The translations under genes and the position numbers were made by a program. The notes under the pieces are model-generated. The model was not told the DNA's origin. It ran no database searches and saw only the letters and a list, made by a program, of their open reading frames with translations. DNA of 64,000 nt from a virus: IMG/VR virus record IMGVR_UViG_3300024978_000122; one strand, given 5' to 3'. Of this stretch, positions 61,952-64,000 are shown in pieces; the stretch's first letter is position 1; each line of letters begins with the position of its first letter.

Positions 61952-63372
61952 GCCAGTGCCTCCTCAGGGTTCTCACGGGCTTCCTCGACCAGCGGATGCG
62001 CGCTGATGTCGGCACGGAATCCGATCCAACCGTCCTCGCGCCAGACGATATCCAGTCCATGCCCGTGCAACTGCACCCGCTCGATCAGCAGTCGTGTGAT
62101 GCGTTGCTGTTCGGTGGGGAATAACTGCGCCCACACGTCGCCGATGCGCTGCATCGCCACCACCACCTGCGCTTCGTCGAGCGTGCTACCTGCGGGGTGC
62201 TGCTGGCAGGCTCGCCAGACCGCGATCAGCATCTGGGGAGCCGAGAGTGCCGCGTGGATTTGCGCCAGCACCGCGTTCTCGATTTCGGCGGCGGGCAGAT
62301 GTCCCACGTCCGGTGTACCGGACGACAGGCTCGCGCCCGCGTTTCGCCGCTTGTGCAGGTACGGGACGTAGTAGCGGTACTGCCGTCCGTTCTTCTTCTT
62401 GACGAAGGAGTGCAGCATGCGTTGCCCGTCAGGCGCGAACAGCAGACCCGCCAGCAGTGCCGGATGCTTGGCTGCGTGCTCGCGCGGCGCTTGCTTGCGT
62501 CGTTCGATGAAGGCATATACAGCGTCCCATAGGGCCGGGGGGACGATGGCCTCGTGCTGACCCGGATACCACTGCTCGTTGTGAGAAATTTCGCCGAGGT
62601 AGATACGGTTGCGCAGCATCGTGAAGAGGTACTGCTGGTCGATGGTGCGGCCCGAGCGTTCGCGCCCGGTCTGCGTCACCCACGTCTTGGTGGTGTGGCC
62701 TTCGATGACCAGTTCGCGCACGAGCCGCGCCGCCGAGCCATGCTCGCCGTAGCGCCTGAATATGTCGCGCACCAATGCCGCCTCGCGTTCGTTGACGACG
62801 AGCTTGCGCTCGACCACGTCATAGCCCAGGGGCGGCACGCCGCCCATCCACATGCCCTTGGCCTTGCTGGCGGCGATCTTGTCGCGGATGCGCTCGCCGG
62901 TGACTTCGCGCTCGAACTGTGCGAAGGACAGCAGGATGTTGAGCGTCAGCCGTCCCATTGAGGTCGTGGTGTTGAACTGCTGTGTGACCGAGACGAAGGA
63001 CACGCCGTTGCGGTCGAACACCTCCACCAGCTTGGCGAAATCTGGCAGGCTGCGTGTGAGGCGGTCGATCTTGTAGACGACCACGGTGTCGATCTTCCCG
63101 GCTTCGATGTCGACCATCAGGCGGCGCAAGGCGGGACGATCCACGTTGCCGCCAGAGTAGCCGCCATCGTCGTAGCCGTCGCCGACGGCGATCCAGCCTT
63201 CGTGCCGTTGGCTGGCGATGAAGGCGAGGCCTGCGTCGCGCTGGGCTTCGAGACTGTTGTATTCCTGATCCAGCCCTTCGTCGGTGGATTTGCGGGTGTA
63301 GACGGCGCAGCGCTTCTTCGGCGTGATGCTCTGGCTGCCCGGGGGCAGCGGATTGGCGCGCGGCGACCTCAT
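61948..63372 (-). CDS. Large serine recombinase (integrase)
   Basis: RCAVYTRKS (catalytic Ser), YDDGGYSGG, VYKIDRLTRS, FAQFEREVTGERIRDK, GGVPPLGY. Confidence 0.95.
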   Translation of the reverse strand: MRSPRANPLPPGSQSITPKKRCAVYTRKSTDEGLDQEYNSLEAQRDAGLAFIASQRHEGWIAVGDGYDDGGYSGGNVDRPALRRLMVDIEAGKIDTVVVYKIDRLTRSLPDFAKLVEVFDRNGVSFVSVTQQFNTTTSMGRLTLNILLSFAQFEREVTGERIRDKIAASKAKGMWMGGVPPLGYDVVERKLVVNEREAALVRDIFRRYGEHGSAARLVRELVIEGHTTKTWVTQTGRERSGRTIDQQYLFTMLRNRIYLGEISHNEQWYPGQHEAIVPPALWDAVYAFIERRKQAPREHAAKHPALLAGLLFAPDGQRMLHSFVKKKNGRQYRYYVPYLHKRRNAGASLSSGTPDVGHLPAAEIENAVLAQIHAALSAPQMLIAVWRACQQHPAGSTLDEAQVVVAMQRIGDVWAQLFPTEQQRITRLLIERVQLHGHGLDIVWREDGWIGFRADISAHPLVEEARENPEEALA

Positions 63373-63839
63373 GCCATCACCTTCTTCGATGCCGGCGACT
63401 TGAGGCCGAAGAACACGGGACCCGACCAGTGGCTGCCCGTGATGTGGCCCGCAATCGCGGACAGGCTCTTGAAGCGTTGCCCTTGGTATTCGAAATCGTT
63501 CGAGCCGCGCACCAGCACGCGATGCTCGACGTCGTCGTAGATGCGCGTGAGGATGGTGCCGGGCAGCAGGCGCTGGCTGTCGCTGCGCAGTTGCTTGGGC
63601 AGGATTCCGGTTTCGCCGACTTCCTCGAGCTTCTTGCGCAGCGAAGGTCTCAGGCCACCGAAGGCACGTTCCTGAATCCGGTAGGCCAGTCGGCTCTCCA
63701 GCCAAGTGCGATGGTGATGGCCGGGGCGCTCATCAAAGTGGTCATCCCAGAGGGCCCAGAGGTCGTCCATCGAAAGATGGGGAAGCGCCGCGACACGTGC
63801 GGCGACCGAGGTGGTGGATGGTTGTGCGTGTGCCGTCAT
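63369..63839 (-). CDS. DUF2924 protein
   Basis: LAYRIQERAFGGL..PGTILTR..YQGQRFKSLSAIAGHITGSHWSGPVFFGL. Confidence 0.9.
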   Translation of the reverse strand: MTAHAQPSTTSVAARVAALPHLSMDDLWALWDDHFDERPGHHHRTWLESRLAYRIQERAFGGLRPSLRKKLEEVGETGILPKQLRSDSQRLLPGTILTRIYDDVEHRVLVRGSNDFEYQGQRFKSLSAIAGHITGSHWSGPVFFGLKSPASKKVMA

Positions 63840-64000
63840 GGGCGAACTCCGTTGTTGTGATCGGGGTTCGCATTCACGCGCTGTTGGCCGGGGAAGCCAA
63901 GGCGAACGCACTCGCTGGTTTCGATGGTGTCGCGCGACGGACGCGCGCGCAGGCGCAGGAGTGCAGCGGCCAGCAGGTCGGCGATTTCCTGCTGCGCGTG
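63836..64000 (-). CDS. 3' part of a small hypothetical gene, truncated by the window edge
   Basis: Open frame ..QQEIADLLAAALLRLR..LGFPGQQRVNANP ending in a TGA that overlaps the DUF2924 ATG. Confidence 0.6.
   Translation of the reverse strand, partial: HAQQEIADLLAAALLRLRARPSRDTIETSECVRLGFPGQQRVNANPDHNNGVRP

Larger units (their letters stand above)
22831..64000 (-). mobile_element. Long-tailed (siphovirus-like) prophage, incomplete at the right window edge; left boundary not defined
   Basis: Contiguous recombinase, replication, packaging, head, tail and lysis modules on the minus strand. I could not identify att sites. Confidence 0.93.

Noticed and set aside
1-64000. tRNA, rRNA, IS elements, att direct repeats
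   Set aside because: None recognised by eye. Serine-recombinase att cores are too short to call without an empty-site genome.

Overview
GC-rich, probably betaproteobacterial window with two halves. Left (1-22.8 kb, + strand) is a defence-island-like block of two tightly coupled operons, each headed by a paralogous excisionase-type HTH gene. Operon (i) is about 11.7 kb and encodes an atypical Hsp70, a truncated GrpE-like protein, an AAA+ ATPase, a Zn-ribbon/J-like (no HPD)/PH-like protein and several membrane or secreted proteins. Two of the membrane proteins share a conserved cytoplasmic N-terminal peptide and have unrelated extracytoplasmic domains. Operon (ii) is a type I restriction-modification operon (hsdM, hsdS, hsdR). 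It contains a phosphoribosyltransferase-like gene, its HsdS is fused in frame to an N-terminal NADAR (YbiA-like N-glycosidase) domain, and it also carries RhuM and COG2958-like genes. Right (22.8-64 kb, mostly - strand) is a long-tailed prophage that continues past the window edge. It includes a large serine recombinase, recombination and replication genes (P4-type primase-helicase), a lambda-like cos site, two ParB-methyltransferases, terminase, lambda-type portal/protease/capsid, a tail with a candidate -1 frameshift, tape measure and a lysis cassette (SAR endolysin, Rz with embedded Rz1). The two best candidates for undescribed systems are the PRTase plus NADAR-HsdS type I RM operon and the Hsp70/AAA+/membrane-receptor operon. 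I found no rRNA, tRNA, CRISPR array or transposase. All family assignments come from motif recognition by eye, with no database search.
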